Shown here piece after piece: positions 1 to 12,604 of a stretch of DNA of 64,000 nt (positions are counted from its first letter, which is position 1; each line of letters begins with the position of its first letter). The stretch covers positions 24,552,001 to 24,616,000 of the forward strand of contig OX597834.1 in the NCBI GenBank assembly GCA_951406725.2, written 5' to 3'. A program made the translations under genes and the position numbers. The notes under the pieces were generated by a model, which saw nothing but the letters and a program-made list of their open reading frames with translations, did no database searches and was not told the DNA's origin. The DNA is from Octopus vulgaris. Its lineage: Eukaryota.

Positions 1-250
1 TGGTGTCTGTATGCATGTATATGTGTATGTATGTATGTATGTATGTATGAATGGTATGCATGTATGTGTCTATGCATGTACTTACGCATGTACGTACGCA
101 CGTATGTATGTGTGTAAGTATGTATGAATGTATATTTACATGTATGTATATATGTATATATGTGTGTATGTATGTACGCATGTGTGTATGTATTTATGTA
201 AGTGGGTACGTATGTATGTATGTATGTATGTATGTATGTATGTATGTATT
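1..250. repeat. (TATG)n imperfect microsatellite
   Basis: Runs of tatgtatg; the overlapping ORFs are low-complexity MYVC repeats. Confidence 0.95.
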
Positions 251-677
251 ATGTCAGGTCACTTTCGAGTGCTACTGGTAACGTGTAACCCAGTACAACC
301 TGTTGCATGGTCGGGTCGTCGGCGACTTAACCGGCAACCCCACCAAGCTTGCTTGGTGAGGAGGGTGTTTATTGGACACCCTGCGCGATGAAAAACAAAA
401 CCCGTCAAAGAGCGGAGGAACTCTTGAGAGTCAACGGCCATCCAATAAATGTCTTAAGGCTGGATCATGCGCGGGAAGATAGAAATAATCAGACTGAATA
501 CCCGACCGCGCGGTTAAACCATTGGGAGTGAAGGACTCCTAGCCTTTGTTAGGGCATCCTTCTAGGAGAAGGTAACTCAGGTAACTGGGATAACTCCGAC
601 ATAAAACCTGCGGCTCAGTGGTTACCAATGATGTTGACTTGTTCTTCTTTTCGGATTATGGCTGCTGTTGCTTAGTG
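251..677 (+). mobile_element. Structured GC-richer interspersed repeat, probable 5' UTR of an RTE-clade non-LTR retrotransposon
   Basis: Sharp start after the microsatellite, many hairpins, and the motif gggcatccttctaggagaaggtaactc...aaacct (552-609), which resembles RTE 5' UTRs as recalled. No ORF follows. Confidence 0.5.
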
Positions 678-1108
678 CATAGCTTTTCCTCACTTAAAAA
701 AAAATATTCATGCACTGGCATTGCATGATAACAACATTGATTAAGCTTCGTGCAATGACCATACTCGATAACGAGGGGGCAGCCACCATGTATGTATTTA
801 CCTATCTGTCTGTCTGTCATATATTTATATGTATGTGAGCATATATGTATGTATGCACATATGTATGTATTTTTGCATGTATGTACATACATACGCGCTT
901 ATGCATGCATTAATGTATATATATGTACCTATGTATGTATATATGTATGTATGTATATATGTATGTGCGTACGTATATATTTGTATGTATATCTCCATCT
1001 CTCTCTCTCTATCTCAATTAATTAGTCAATCAGCCAATCAATCAATCAATCTATCTATCTGTTTGTCTGCCTATTTGTCTGTCTGTTTATCTGTCTGTCT
1101 ATATATAA

Positions 1109-1172
<64 letters not shown>

Positions 1173-1287
1173 ATATATGTGTGTGTGTGTGTGTGTTTGT
1201 ATGCATGCACGAATTGGAATGTACATATATATATACATACATAAATATATATATATATTATATACATTGTATATGTATATAATATAC

Positions 1288-1350
<63 letters not shown>

Positions 1351-1352
<2 letters not shown>

Positions 1353-1538
1353 GCGCAGATGCTGTGTGGTAAGTAGCTAGCTTGCTAACCACATGATTCT
1401 GGGTTCAGTCCTACTGTGTGGCACCTTGGGTAAGTGTCTTCTACTATAGCATGGGGCCGACTAGATCGTTGTGAGTGGATTTGTTAGACGGAAACTGAAA
1501 GAAGCCTGTCGTATATATATATATATATATATATATAA

Positions 1539-1573
<35 letters not shown>

Positions 1574-1810
1574 TGTGTGTGTGTATGTATGTTAGTGTGT
1601 CTGTGTCTGACGCCCCCACAATCACTTGACAATCGATGCTGATGTATTTACGTCCCCGTAACTTAGCGTAACTTAGGTTCGGCAAAAGTGAGCAAGAGAA
1701 TAAGTACTAGGCTAACAAAGAATAAGTCCTGGGGTCGATTTGTTCGACTAAAGGCGGTGCTCCAGCACGGTCGCAGTCAAATGACTGAAACAAATAAAAG
1801 AATAAAAGAA
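1351..1810 (+). mobile_element. tRNA-derived SINE family A (CORE-like segment, internal TA/TG microsatellite)
   Basis: A-box-like tgctgtgtggtaag, B-box-like gggttcagtcc, ccttgggtaagtgtctt and a tail ending aataaaagaataaaaga. Homologous to copies at 7512, 15041, 20805, 43488 and 58885. Confidence 0.9.
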
Positions 1811-1842
1811 TGTGTGTGTGTGTGTTTGTGTTTGTGTGTACG

Positions 1843-1885
<43 letters not shown>

Positions 1886-2159
1886 CCAGACACAAAAGAG
1901 TAGATACATCCATAATCTGTTTCCCTTATGCATGTGTGTGAGATTGTATATATGTGTGTATAAGAGTGTATATGTTGTCTATATATTAGCACTTAAGTGA
2001 TTTTCTGTCACGAATAGAATGAGTGTGCGTTATTTTATATAATTCCATGCATGCATACATACATTCACATATACACGCGTTAATATCAACATGTATACAT
2101 GTGTGCGTGTGTTTGTTTATATATATATTTATATATATATATATAAATAAACAAACACA

Positions 2160-2205
<46 letters not shown>

Positions 2206-2422
2206 TATAGATATACATATATATATATATATAGACATATATGTGTATATGGGTGTATATTTGTGTTATGTACTGCCAACACACTTCTCAGATGGGGCGA
2301 TGACATTTCACGCGTCGATCGCCCTTCCCAAATCCTCATTAGCTCACCATTCTTTATAACGAAGCCCTATTCAAAGACAGATGCTTTATTTCAGATGTTT
2401 ATATGCACTCTGTTTTCCCCCG

Positions 2423-2902
2423 ATGACATCATCACCAGCGCCGCCGCCGCCGCCATCATCTTCGCCACGCTCAATGCCGCCTCCGCCATTACCACCACCA
2501 CCATCATCATCACCATCATCATCGTCGTCATCATCATCGCCGTCATCATCATCATCGCCGTCGTCATCATCATGATCGTTATCATCACCAGCATCATCAT
2601 TATCGTCGTCGTCATCATCATCGTCAACATCGTTATGATCATGATCATCTACCACCACCACCACCACCGCCACCATAGCCGTCACCGACAACAACGAAGT
2701 CACCAACAATAACAACTACACCCTACTCTATTCTTCATCCCCAGCCGAATGCTTTCCCCTCGTCCTTTTTCTTCCCCATCTCATCGTCATTGTCATCGTC
2801 GTCGTCGTCGGCATTATCAGAAACTGCGTATGAATCTACAGTTTACGAATTGTATGGATCTGACCAATCGATCTTTTTTTTTTTAATCCTTTGGTCGATT
2901 AC

Positions 2903-2956
<54 letters not shown>

Positions 2957-3240
2957 CCTCATACACACACAAACGCGCACATATACGCATACGCACATGT
3001 TGTTGTTTGCTGGATTTAGCTTCGTTTCGTTTCTTTGTGTTATTACAATGTTAATCCTTTAATCCGTTAACCCATGGGACCATAGAATTATCCAAAGACG
3101 GGAAATGAGAATAGTATACGAAAAATAATAGGAATTCACCCACCCGCAATCTTTCAGACATCAAACTCCATTTGTATAAATCATAGCCTCTATCACCTAG
3201 CAGCATCAGCAGCACTACCATCACCACCGTCATCAAAACC

Positions 3241-3275
<35 letters not shown>

Positions 3276-3401
3276 TATCATTGTCGTGGTCATCGTCACC
3301 GCGACTGGAGTCACCACCGCCATCACTACTACCATCATCACCGCCAACTACCACAACCACCACTACAACCACCAACACCACTACAACCATCACCACACCT
3401 A

Positions 3402-3443
<42 letters not shown>

Positions 3444-3590
3444 CACACAGGTACCACCATCCCCACCACAACCATAAGCCATCGCCACCACCACTCCCAT
3501 TTTAATGCTGTTGCACATCCGCCATTACTGCACGACGATGACGAGTCGACGATATCCACCATCACCACCGCCACCACCACCCCCACCACC
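2423..3590. repeat. Compound (CAT)n/(CAC)n/(CA)n low-complexity region
   Basis: Trinucleotide and dinucleotide runs that generate poly-I/H/T/D ORFs. Confidence 0.85.
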
Positions 3591-3777
3591 AATAGGCCAC
3601 AAGACGGTCTCTTAAGAATCTGAGTCAGTTTTATATTCCTCGTTCTTGCAATCGCTGTCTTTGCGAAAACGTTTTGTTACGACTAACGACTAATGTCTAA
3701 TAAATTGCATCACTTATGACTGAAAACCATTTCGAGAGGAGGTTATACAATATATACTTACACTTCCTTACAACTGT

Positions 3778-3860
3778 TTTTGTTGTTGTTTAGCCCATGG
3801 TCTGTCTTGAGTGAGTAGATCTATGATCAAAGCCATTCCAAATGTGACCTGTCTTTTCCC
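3778..3860 (-). mobile_element. Old interspersed repeat 3' tail ending in (CAA)n
   Basis: Diverged similarity to segments at about 8800-8880, 26740-26880, 41320-41520 and 43060-43200. Confidence 0.5.
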
Positions 3861-3914
3861 AATGCCTCTAATTAGTGTCCTATTTTATTAAAAACCAGTG
3901 CCTAGAAGACGTGT

Positions 3915-4390
3915 GTATTGACTGCATTTTCTTATTCGAGCGAGACGTGGACCACTTACAGGCATCATATGAAAATTCTGGAGAGATTTCATCAGAAGGG
4001 TCTCAGACGTATCTTGGGAGTCATGTGGGAATGTTTTATACCAGATAAAGAAGTTTTGCGCATGGCATGTGTGATCGTGTTCTGTTGTCAAAAGCAGGAT
4101 ACTTGAATCATATGAAGTTACATGAAAATCGAAATGCCCAGGTAGGCAATAATCTTGACCACCAACCGCCTCTGACAACTTGTGTCATATGTCACAAAGC
4201 CTGTAAGACAATATCAGGACTTAAAAAGCATATGCTAGTTCGCAAAAATATTTCTTCAGATTACAAAGAGCAAAGATGTAAAAGAAACTTGAATAATGTC
4301 TGTTACTTGTGTTTTAAGCCCGGTCAGTCAGCAGCTGGTCCTAAAAGTCATCTGAGGGTTTACCAACGGGGGTGGGGTTGTGCTGTGTGA
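3915..4390 (+). pseudogene. RTE-clade LINE 3' ORF remnant: post-RT region plus three C2H2 zinc fingers
   Basis: YSSETWTTYRHHMKILERFHQKGLRRILGVMW...EVLRMA is the RTE post-RT motif. After a frameshift or deletion come CDRVLLSKAGYLNHMKLH, CVICHKACKTISGLKKH and CYLCFKPGQSAAGPKSH. Confidence 0.8.
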
Positions 4391-4514
4391 TGAGGTGTGG
4401 GGTGTGTTGATGGGACGGCTTTCATTTCTCAAGATGAAGCAATCATCATATACATGCATACATACATACGTACGCACACACACACACATACACACACACA
4501 CACACACATATATA

Positions 4515-4619
<105 letters not shown>

Positions 4620-5051
4620 CATGTTATGTACAGGACATCACCAACGAGTGAAAAATATCTAAACACACGGGAGACAAGTATAGGACAAAATACCAAAAGA
4701 AAATAACTCGCCCATCAGTTGTTAAAGTAAACAATCGATGAAGACAAACATTAAGGGCCGTTAGGCCAAGACAAATTGTAATGGGTGACGCCAGGGGGAA
4801 GTACCTAAAAGAAATAGAAGTAAATAATAGAAGAGAAAAAAATGTCAGGAGGCGAGAAAATCGACGTTCAGCTCGGTGGTTGTCCCGTCCAGAAAAGACA
4901 AGGGTAAGAGAACTGGCCTGTAGTCACGTGTGGGCAAAAGGCGGATGGGAAGGGGACAAGAGAGAGAATGAGAGAAAGAAACAAAGGGTGTGAGGAGAAG
5001 GGAGAAGGAATGAAAGACAGTAAGGAGTGGGAGAAAGACAGACAGAATATA

Positions 5052-5422
5052 CTTTTCTACTCTAGGCACAAGGCTCGAAATTTTGGGGGATGGAACCAAT
5101 CGATTAGATCGACGGCAGTACTTAAATTATCGACTCCGAAAGGATGAAAGGCAAAGTGGACCCCTGCAGAATTTGAACTCAGAGCGTAGCGGCAGACGAA
5201 ATACCTATTTCTTTACTACCCACAAGGGGCTAAACACAGGACAGACAAACGGATTAAGTCGATCACATCAACCCCAGTGCGTAACTGGTACTTAATTTAT
5301 CGACCTCGAAGGGATGAAAGGCAAAGTCGACCTCGGCGGAATTTGAACTCAGAACGTAACGGCAGACGAAATGCGGCTGCGCATTTCGCCCGGCGTGCTA
5401 ACGTTTCAGCCAGGTTGCCGCT
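5052..5422 (-). mobile_element. Nin-domain-like tRNA-derived SINE family B, dimeric or nested
   Basis: Two tandem copies of the core gaaaggatgaaaggcaaagtcgacctcggcggaatttgaactcag (reverse strand gcctttcatcctttcggggtcgataa, Nin-like), each with a different 3' tail. Confidence 0.85.
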
Positions 5423-5436
5423 TTAAGACAGACTAT

Positions 5437-5475
<39 letters not shown>

Positions 5476-5985
5476 CATATACATACTTAATTTGTCGTTT
5501 CTATCATTCTCTCCCTAGAAAAATATAATTTATATACGATTGTTAATCGACGGCAACTTGTGTCAATGTTGACATTAACATATGAATTAGATTGTTATTT
5601 TATTCAAGCGGACATCCTTCCATGGCCTCCCACAATTAAAACAAAGCCTCGACTATCAAATGAGGGTATCATACTTGAATACGCCTGCAGGTTTGGCTAA
5701 TGCGGTATGAACTCATATGCATATGAATATGTAAATTAAGTTCTGTCGATTTTAATGCATTGTATTCAGGTGTTCAATCAAGCGAACTGCCCGTTCTTTG
5801 AATTAGCGAGTGTGTAAGTGGCTGAGTATTCCACAGAAACCTTAGTACTTTTGCCCTAATGCCCACATTCATATCTTACAATCGAGTTGCTGTTGTACGT
5901 ATATGTGTGTGCATTTATATATGTATGTACGTGTGTGTACCTACATGTATGTATATATGTATATATACATATACATATATGAAAA

Positions 5986-6025
<40 letters not shown>

Positions 6026-6347
6026 TCATATACACGTGTGAGTTTCTGTATGGCTTCGTTTGCTTGTGTTTCGATTCAACATCAAGTATTTTTCTTGTTC
6101 TTTTCGTCGTTGGTATTATTTACCATTTGGTATGGCAGCGAGATAGCAGAATCGTTTGGGCGTCAGAGAAAAATGAACAAAACAAAAAGAAAAGAAAATG
6201 TCTTGCAGTCATTGCTTTGACCGACCTAGCCTTTCATCCTTTGGATTCGATAAAATTAGAACCACTTGAGCACTAGGGTCAACGAAATCGACTTAACATC
6301 GACCTAACATCCTTAACATCGCTGGCCTTGTGCCAAAATTTGAAACT

Positions 6348-6509
<162 letters not shown>

Positions 6510-6832
6510 GAGTGAGAGAGCAGTTCATGCCATCAAAGTGACACTGGGGTAAAATATACGAAGTCCAATATACCCATCATGACTACTCGTCTGATAAGGG
6601 TACACCAGGCACATGCATCACAACCATATGTGCGCGACATGGTGATCTCATATCAAGATAAACAGCACATGACCTTGCAGGTGGGGCCCAGTTAGAATTT
6701 TCTTCAGGTTGAGTAGCCCATCCCGCTCAAAAGGGTTGTTTAAGGATGTTGAAAGAACTACCCATGTTTCCAGAGGTGAATTATTCAAACCCCAAAGAAT
6801 CCCTCTCAACACATGGCTATGATGCTCCCCCA

Positions 6833-6833
<1 letters not shown>
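6510..6833 (-). mobile_element. Approx. 320 bp insertion inside a (TTA)n array; probable 3' end of a TAA-associated non-LTR element
   Basis: Complex sequence bounded by (TTA)n on both sides; ends in (TAA)n when read on the minus strand. Confidence 0.5.
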
Positions 6834-6871
<38 letters not shown>

Positions 6872-7511
6872 TGACCAAAACAGAGAAATTGTGACTTAAC
6901 AAATAATATAGAAAGACAAAGAAAAGGTATTCGAAAGCCAAAAGATGTTTTTTTTTTTTAGCTGAGGTGTAATTATATAATTAAAACAAATTCAAAATTT
7001 AAATTTTGGAACATGTTATCTGGTCTATGACCGAATTCAAATGGGTAGGAGGCCTATAACAAATTTGTGCGTGTGGTTGGGCCTTTAATAGCCAGGGATC
7101 AATTTCAGTTCAATCACAGAAAGGAATTCAATTACCTATCGGCCACTCAGTTACGTGTCGTCATCTCTCTCCCTCTCTCGTTCTGTCTCACTTCCTCTCT
7201 TCCTTGCTCGGTACACGTGTCAAATTTAAGTATCTTAATTTTCTCGTTAATCCGGTTGCTGCTTCAGTGGCCCAGTAGGCCTGGGTATTAACAAGCAATT
7301 AATACAACGCATACGTGCCGGTTTCAAATCTCTTCCAGAAATTTCAGGAGACGTAATTAAAATTTTTTATCTAAGCAACAAAACTTCTTTCTCTTAAGCG
7401 TGACACACGCGTCAGGTACGTACAAAAAACAAATTGGCGTATTAATATTATTGATAAGGCCTGTAGAGATTTCACGTTCCATTAATGGCTTTTGTTGAAT
7501 TTTGATTCATA

Positions 7512-7669
7512 GGCGCAGGAGTGGCTGTGTGGTAAGTAGCTTGCTTACCAACCACATGGTTCCGGGTTCAATAACACTGCGTGGCACCTTGGGCAAGTGT
7601 CTTCTGGTCGGGCCGACCAATACCTTGTGAGTGGATTTGGTAGACGGAAACTGAAAGAAGCCTGTCGTA

Positions 7670-7732
<63 letters not shown>

Positions 7733-7965
7733 ATGTGTATGTATGTGTTTGTGTGTCTGTGTTTGTCCCCCTAGCATTGCTTGACAACCGATGCTGGTTT
7801 GTTTACGTCCCCGTCACTTAGCGGTTCGGCAAAAGAGACCGATAGAATAAGTACTGGGCTTACAAAGAATAAGTCCCGGGGGCGATTTGCTCGACTAATG
7901 GCGGTGCTCCAGCATGGCCGCAGTCAAATGACTGAAACAAGTAAAAGAGAAAAGAGAAAGAGAGT
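7512..7965 (+). mobile_element. SINE family A, near full length
   Basis: Head ggcgcaggagtggctgtgtggtaag, B box gggttcaataac, same body and tail as 1351-1810. Confidence 0.9.
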
Positions 7966-8901
7966 ATAAATTTACAGAACTTCATCGAATTGATTTTATA
8001 TAACGTAACTGATTGTATTTCATAAAGTGATTTAAATTGTAACAATCGAACATCTTTTGCTTTCCAGATTTCCATTGTTATATATGTATTATGTAAGTGT
8101 GTGTGTGTGGCATTAGAGCTTCACGTAGCTTTCGCAGAGTCCTGTCAAACCATCCAACCTATGCCAGCAGAGAAGACATTAAATGATGATGATGATGATG
8201 ATAATGATGATGATGATATATGTAATATTTAGCACACGCAAATATATAAATATATATAACTAGTAACGATACACATGCACAAATAAATATATGATGAAAG
8301 TTATATATACATACACATTAGCACAATACTCACACAAATATACACCTACACGAATATATATATGCATACATACATACACAAATAAACATTTATAAGTACA
8401 TAAATACATACATATGTAGATAAATACATACATGCGTACATACACATATATGCATACATAAATACAATAGCATATATACATGTATACCTCCATTTATACA
8501 TCCATAACTAAATGTATATATAAAAAAGATATGGCGGATACTTATGCATATTCTGAGGAATGTGTTGTGTCACTAGCGAAATTGTTTTACACTTCCTCTG
8601 TCTTAGAAGTCTCTGACCAACCAAACATCACGTTCTTAGTGTCAAGAATTGACCAAATATTTGCTTCCTGACATATTCTGATAAAAAATTGACTTTCCGT
8701 TGACAAATTCATGTGAAACGGTAGAAACTCGACCCTTCACAAACTCGTAGTAACAAGTGCGTTCGTTGTTGTTATTGTTGTTGTTGTTATTGTATTGTTG
8801 TGCACGCTGTTTAGCTCCAGGTTTGTCCTTGTAAAGTAGATATTTGATCGAAGGAAGTTCTCCCCATTATTATATCGTCTGTTGCTTAGAGTTAATCTAA
8901 A

Positions 8902-9245
8902 TCAGTGATTCTCAACTGGGGTCCATATGGCCCCTCAGGGTCCATATAAGATTTTTGGGGGTCCGCACAACAAAATAGTAAATTGGAGATCCACAATAGT
9001 ATGTAAAGGACCCCTGAAAAAAAATGTTGCTTTAGAAGTATGTATCGGCATATATATATTGATATGTATTGCAAGAAACAGCTGGGTTTCTTTCTCTAAC
9101 ATTTTACATAGTTCACCTTGCACAAGTTAATGTCTGAAAGACAAAATAGGAAATTTGAAGTTTCTATAGAATTAGTTTTTAAACATCGAATGACTATGGG
9201 GATCCACCAGAATAAGATAGTAATCACAAGGGGCCCATAGATAAA
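8902..9245 (+). mobile_element. hAT-type non-autonomous DNA transposon (MITE), right end degraded
   Basis: Starts cagtgattctcaactggggtcc (hAT-like terminus) with repeated ggggtcca sub-terminal motifs. Confidence 0.6.
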
Positions 9246-10287
9246 ATTGACCGGTGTCTTTACCGTTTGATAAGGGCAAAAAAATCTGTGCCCTTTGTAA
9301 CTCCGAACTATTTCATGTTTTGTTCGCCCGAGGGCAGCTTGTTAACTCGATTGTGCAAAATTCTTTCAGATGCCTCCACTGGAAAAGGCATACCTTTCTC
9401 TCATACCAATGAAGTCTAATATAGATAACCCCTGGATTTCCTAATAAAATTTGAATAAAATTTGAAAGGTGATATCTCATCCCTGTTAGTATAAGAACTA
9501 CTAGTTGTCAAGAACTACTGCCATTCCCTACAGCAACACTGTATCCTGTCATTGCTATTGTGGACACTCTCTCTCTATTAAGTTGTCACATACGATCACA
9601 CAGACACAGCTTTTTCAGTTTCTTGACCGTTAATCCCTGCTATCTCTCTCTCTTTCTGCCTTCGAAACACACTGTCACGCATTCAAAGACGCACACACAC
9701 ATACATTAAGGCAATTTCTCACACTCAAACACTCTAGCACTCATTCTTAAAATAAATCAAATATAAACACCAGTCATACAGAATACATTCACACTCTTTG
9801 ATTTTCCTGTACCCCCCTTCTGCTAGCCGGATTCTGACCTTGAACTATCTCAACGGACAATCTCTTCTGCTTTCATCCAATCTGGCGTCAACGCATATAG
9901 ATAGACAGTTTGTATCTTTAATTTCATGGGCTCCTCGTTAGCGTTTGTCGAAAAGCTTGTTGTGCATTTTGTTGGAGAATTAAGTTCCTGGATTTTCCTG
10001 AAGAGAAAGCTGCAAAATGAACTCCTTATTCAATCGGAATTAGGGACTTTGCAGACTTCGAAACATATGTCGAAAATAAAATAAAGGAATTTTGTTAAAT
10101 CTTCGTTCAGCTCCATTCTTTCCTATACTTAATATATAAAACTTCAAATTTCCGCACTAAGGCATGGATTTTATGCCCCATGGTCGTAACTTCAACTGTG
10201 CTCTTTCTGTTGTGATTTTTGCTACCCAGGTATCGGTTATCATTTGAATTATCTGTAATAAGATAATTCATTTATCTACTTCAATAA

Positions 10288-10360
<73 letters not shown>

Positions 10361-10941
10361 ATTTGATCTCTGGTGCGTCTCGTAGACACAAAGGTAGAGC
10401 AAGACTACCCTACAGTTTAATAGTCTTGTATAAGCTCAGACCATATTAGATGATATAGTCTTACCTACCTTTCAAATGCCAGTATAGTTAGTGACTATAA
10501 AACCTTTGATCCCGTGTCCGCTCGATTAGGGTACCTTTAAGGTTTTCTTAACAACAACAATGGCAGCCATAAAAACCAAGGTTTTCTTTGCAATTAATTT
10601 TTTTATCCCGTTTTTGCATATTTCTTTCTTATGTTTTCATTTCTATAAAAATACAAAACCAGATCAAAGCAAGAGGAGCAACTTTACATAGAAATAATTA
10701 CTTCCTATTAAGTTCTTATGGCAAACAATTTGTTGCTTGTTCTGGTGCAATTCGGTTTAAAGTCAACCATGAAATCTCTTACTAATTCAATAATCTCTTA
10801 CACAAGGCGTCACTCTCCGTTCCTTCCCCACCCTCCGACTACACCGCTGCCTGTCGATCAACTCTAGCGCCACCTCTAGTGCAGCCTAAAAATGTATTAA
10901 AATCTCATTTTGTGTAATTGTTGCGATTATACATTTATATA

Positions 10942-11016
<75 letters not shown>

Positions 11017-11308
11017 ACACACAAATACATATATATATGTATGTATATACATATGTGTGTGTATGGCTGGGTGGATGTGTAGATGTGAACATACGTTAAT
11101 GCATGTACATACTTATAGATACACACACACATATGTACATATCTGTGTGCTTATGTGCATACATGGGTTTGTTCACAAAAAATGCAGGCAATTACACACA
11201 TAAATAATGTGGTGTGTGTGTGTGTACATGATTGTACGCGTGTATCTATATATGTATGTCTCTCCCTCCCTCTCTCTCTCTCCCTCTCTCTCCCTCCCTC
11301 CCTCTCTT

Positions 11309-11341
<33 letters not shown>

Positions 11342-11346
11342 GAATA

Positions 11347-11409
<63 letters not shown>

Positions 11410-11485
11410 TTCGATTGAGTAATGGCACGGAGCTCTAGGCGCTTGAAATATTTCTGGAGTTTTTTAGCAATTGATACAGGTTTAT

Positions 11486-11574
<89 letters not shown>

Positions 11575-11576
<2 letters not shown>

Positions 11577-11755
11577 TATTTATAGAAAATCAAAATCGAA
11601 GACAAGTGTAGGAACAACAAACAAGTGTATTAGTTTGACGTTCGTGAAAAATAGAAAAGTCTTTTACGTTTCGAGCCTACGCTCTTTGACAAAAAAGGAT
11701 AAGAGGAAATAAATTGAGAGAGAATGAAAACGAAAGGGTTGAGTTCAGGGGAGCA

Positions 11756-11757
<2 letters not shown>
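11575..11757 (-). mobile_element. Penelope-like pseudo-LTR-type repeat with decayed hammerhead-like motif (copy 1)
   Basis: Reverse-complement homolog of 11783-11968; minus strand has gagc-gtag-gctc-gaaacgta; flanked by (TA)n. Confidence 0.6.
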
Positions 11758-11782
<25 letters not shown>

Positions 11783-11786
<4 letters not shown>

Positions 11787-11968
11787 TTACCGCTAGCCTC
11801 TAAACCTTTTTTTTTATTCTCTCTCTGTTTATTTTCTCGTGTTCCTTTCTGTTGAGGAGCGTAGGCTCGAAACGTAAAGACTTTCTCACTTTTTCGAGCG
11901 TTAAGCTAACACACCTGTTTGTTGTTTATATATCTGTCTTCGTCTTTGTTTTTCTGTAAATTCCAACT
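11783..11968 (+). mobile_element. Penelope-like pseudo-LTR-type repeat with hammerhead-like motif (copy 2)
   Basis: cttt-CTGTTGA-g-GAGC-gtag-GCTC-GAAA-CGTA at 11845-11876; flanked by (TA)n. Confidence 0.6.
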
Positions 11969-12003
11969 ATATATATATATGTATATATATATAGTATTAA
12001 TTG

Positions 12004-12104
12004 GTAGTAGGAGATGGGTTTCGTATTAGACATTTATTAGGTACAACATATGTCTCGACTCATCAGTCTGGGTCACTTCATGTACATTGGTACGACCCTA
12101 CTAC
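12004..12104 (-). ncRNA. Hammerhead ribozyme-like motif (intact core, uncertain stems I and III)
   Basis: Minus strand: CUGAUGA (12066-12060), stem II GU..agacau/augucu..AC, GAAAC (12022-12018). Upstream GGGUC (12098-12094) can pair with ACCC. Confidence 0.5.
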
Positions 12105-12111
12105 TATAGTA

Positions 12112-12164
<53 letters not shown>

Positions 12165-12529
12165 ATATCTCTAATAACTCAACTGAGCAATAATATGAAT
12201 TATTATAAAAACTTTACCAAATACAATACTAACCATACGCATAGAGTTAATAACCTAGATAATAGAATCCCAAACCGTAAGAAAAAACTAACCAAACTTA
12301 GATACATAAGAACCAACTATGGTTGCTACAGTCAGAGTTACCGGCGTTTTTATGGCTGTTGTTCTTATTTCTGAAGTTGATGTTCTTAATGAATGATGTT
12401 TTGGTTGCACTTAATGATTATCTTCGAATCTAATTAAGTAACCAACCCATCACGTAAGTCGGTTTTATTTATCATCTGCCTCTCCAAATCTCAGAAGTAG
12501 ACAAACGATAAATACCTATGGGCAAATAC

Positions 12530-12589
<60 letters not shown>

Positions 12590-12604
12590 TTATCTATCTA
12601 TCTA
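12530..12604. repeat. (TCTA)n array immediately 5' of the Tx1-like LINE
   Basis: Near-perfect tetranucleotide run; it produces the YLSI repeat at the start of ORF 12518. Confidence 0.95.

Noticed and set aside
4625-5040. Possible additional Penelope pseudo-LTR or hammerhead near 4855-4900
   Set aside because: No CUGANGA or GAAA boxes recoverable on either strand.
10866-10882. CTCF-like agcgccacctctagtg
   Set aside because: Two-base insertion relative to the core motif; a single site that cannot be supported without ChIP data.
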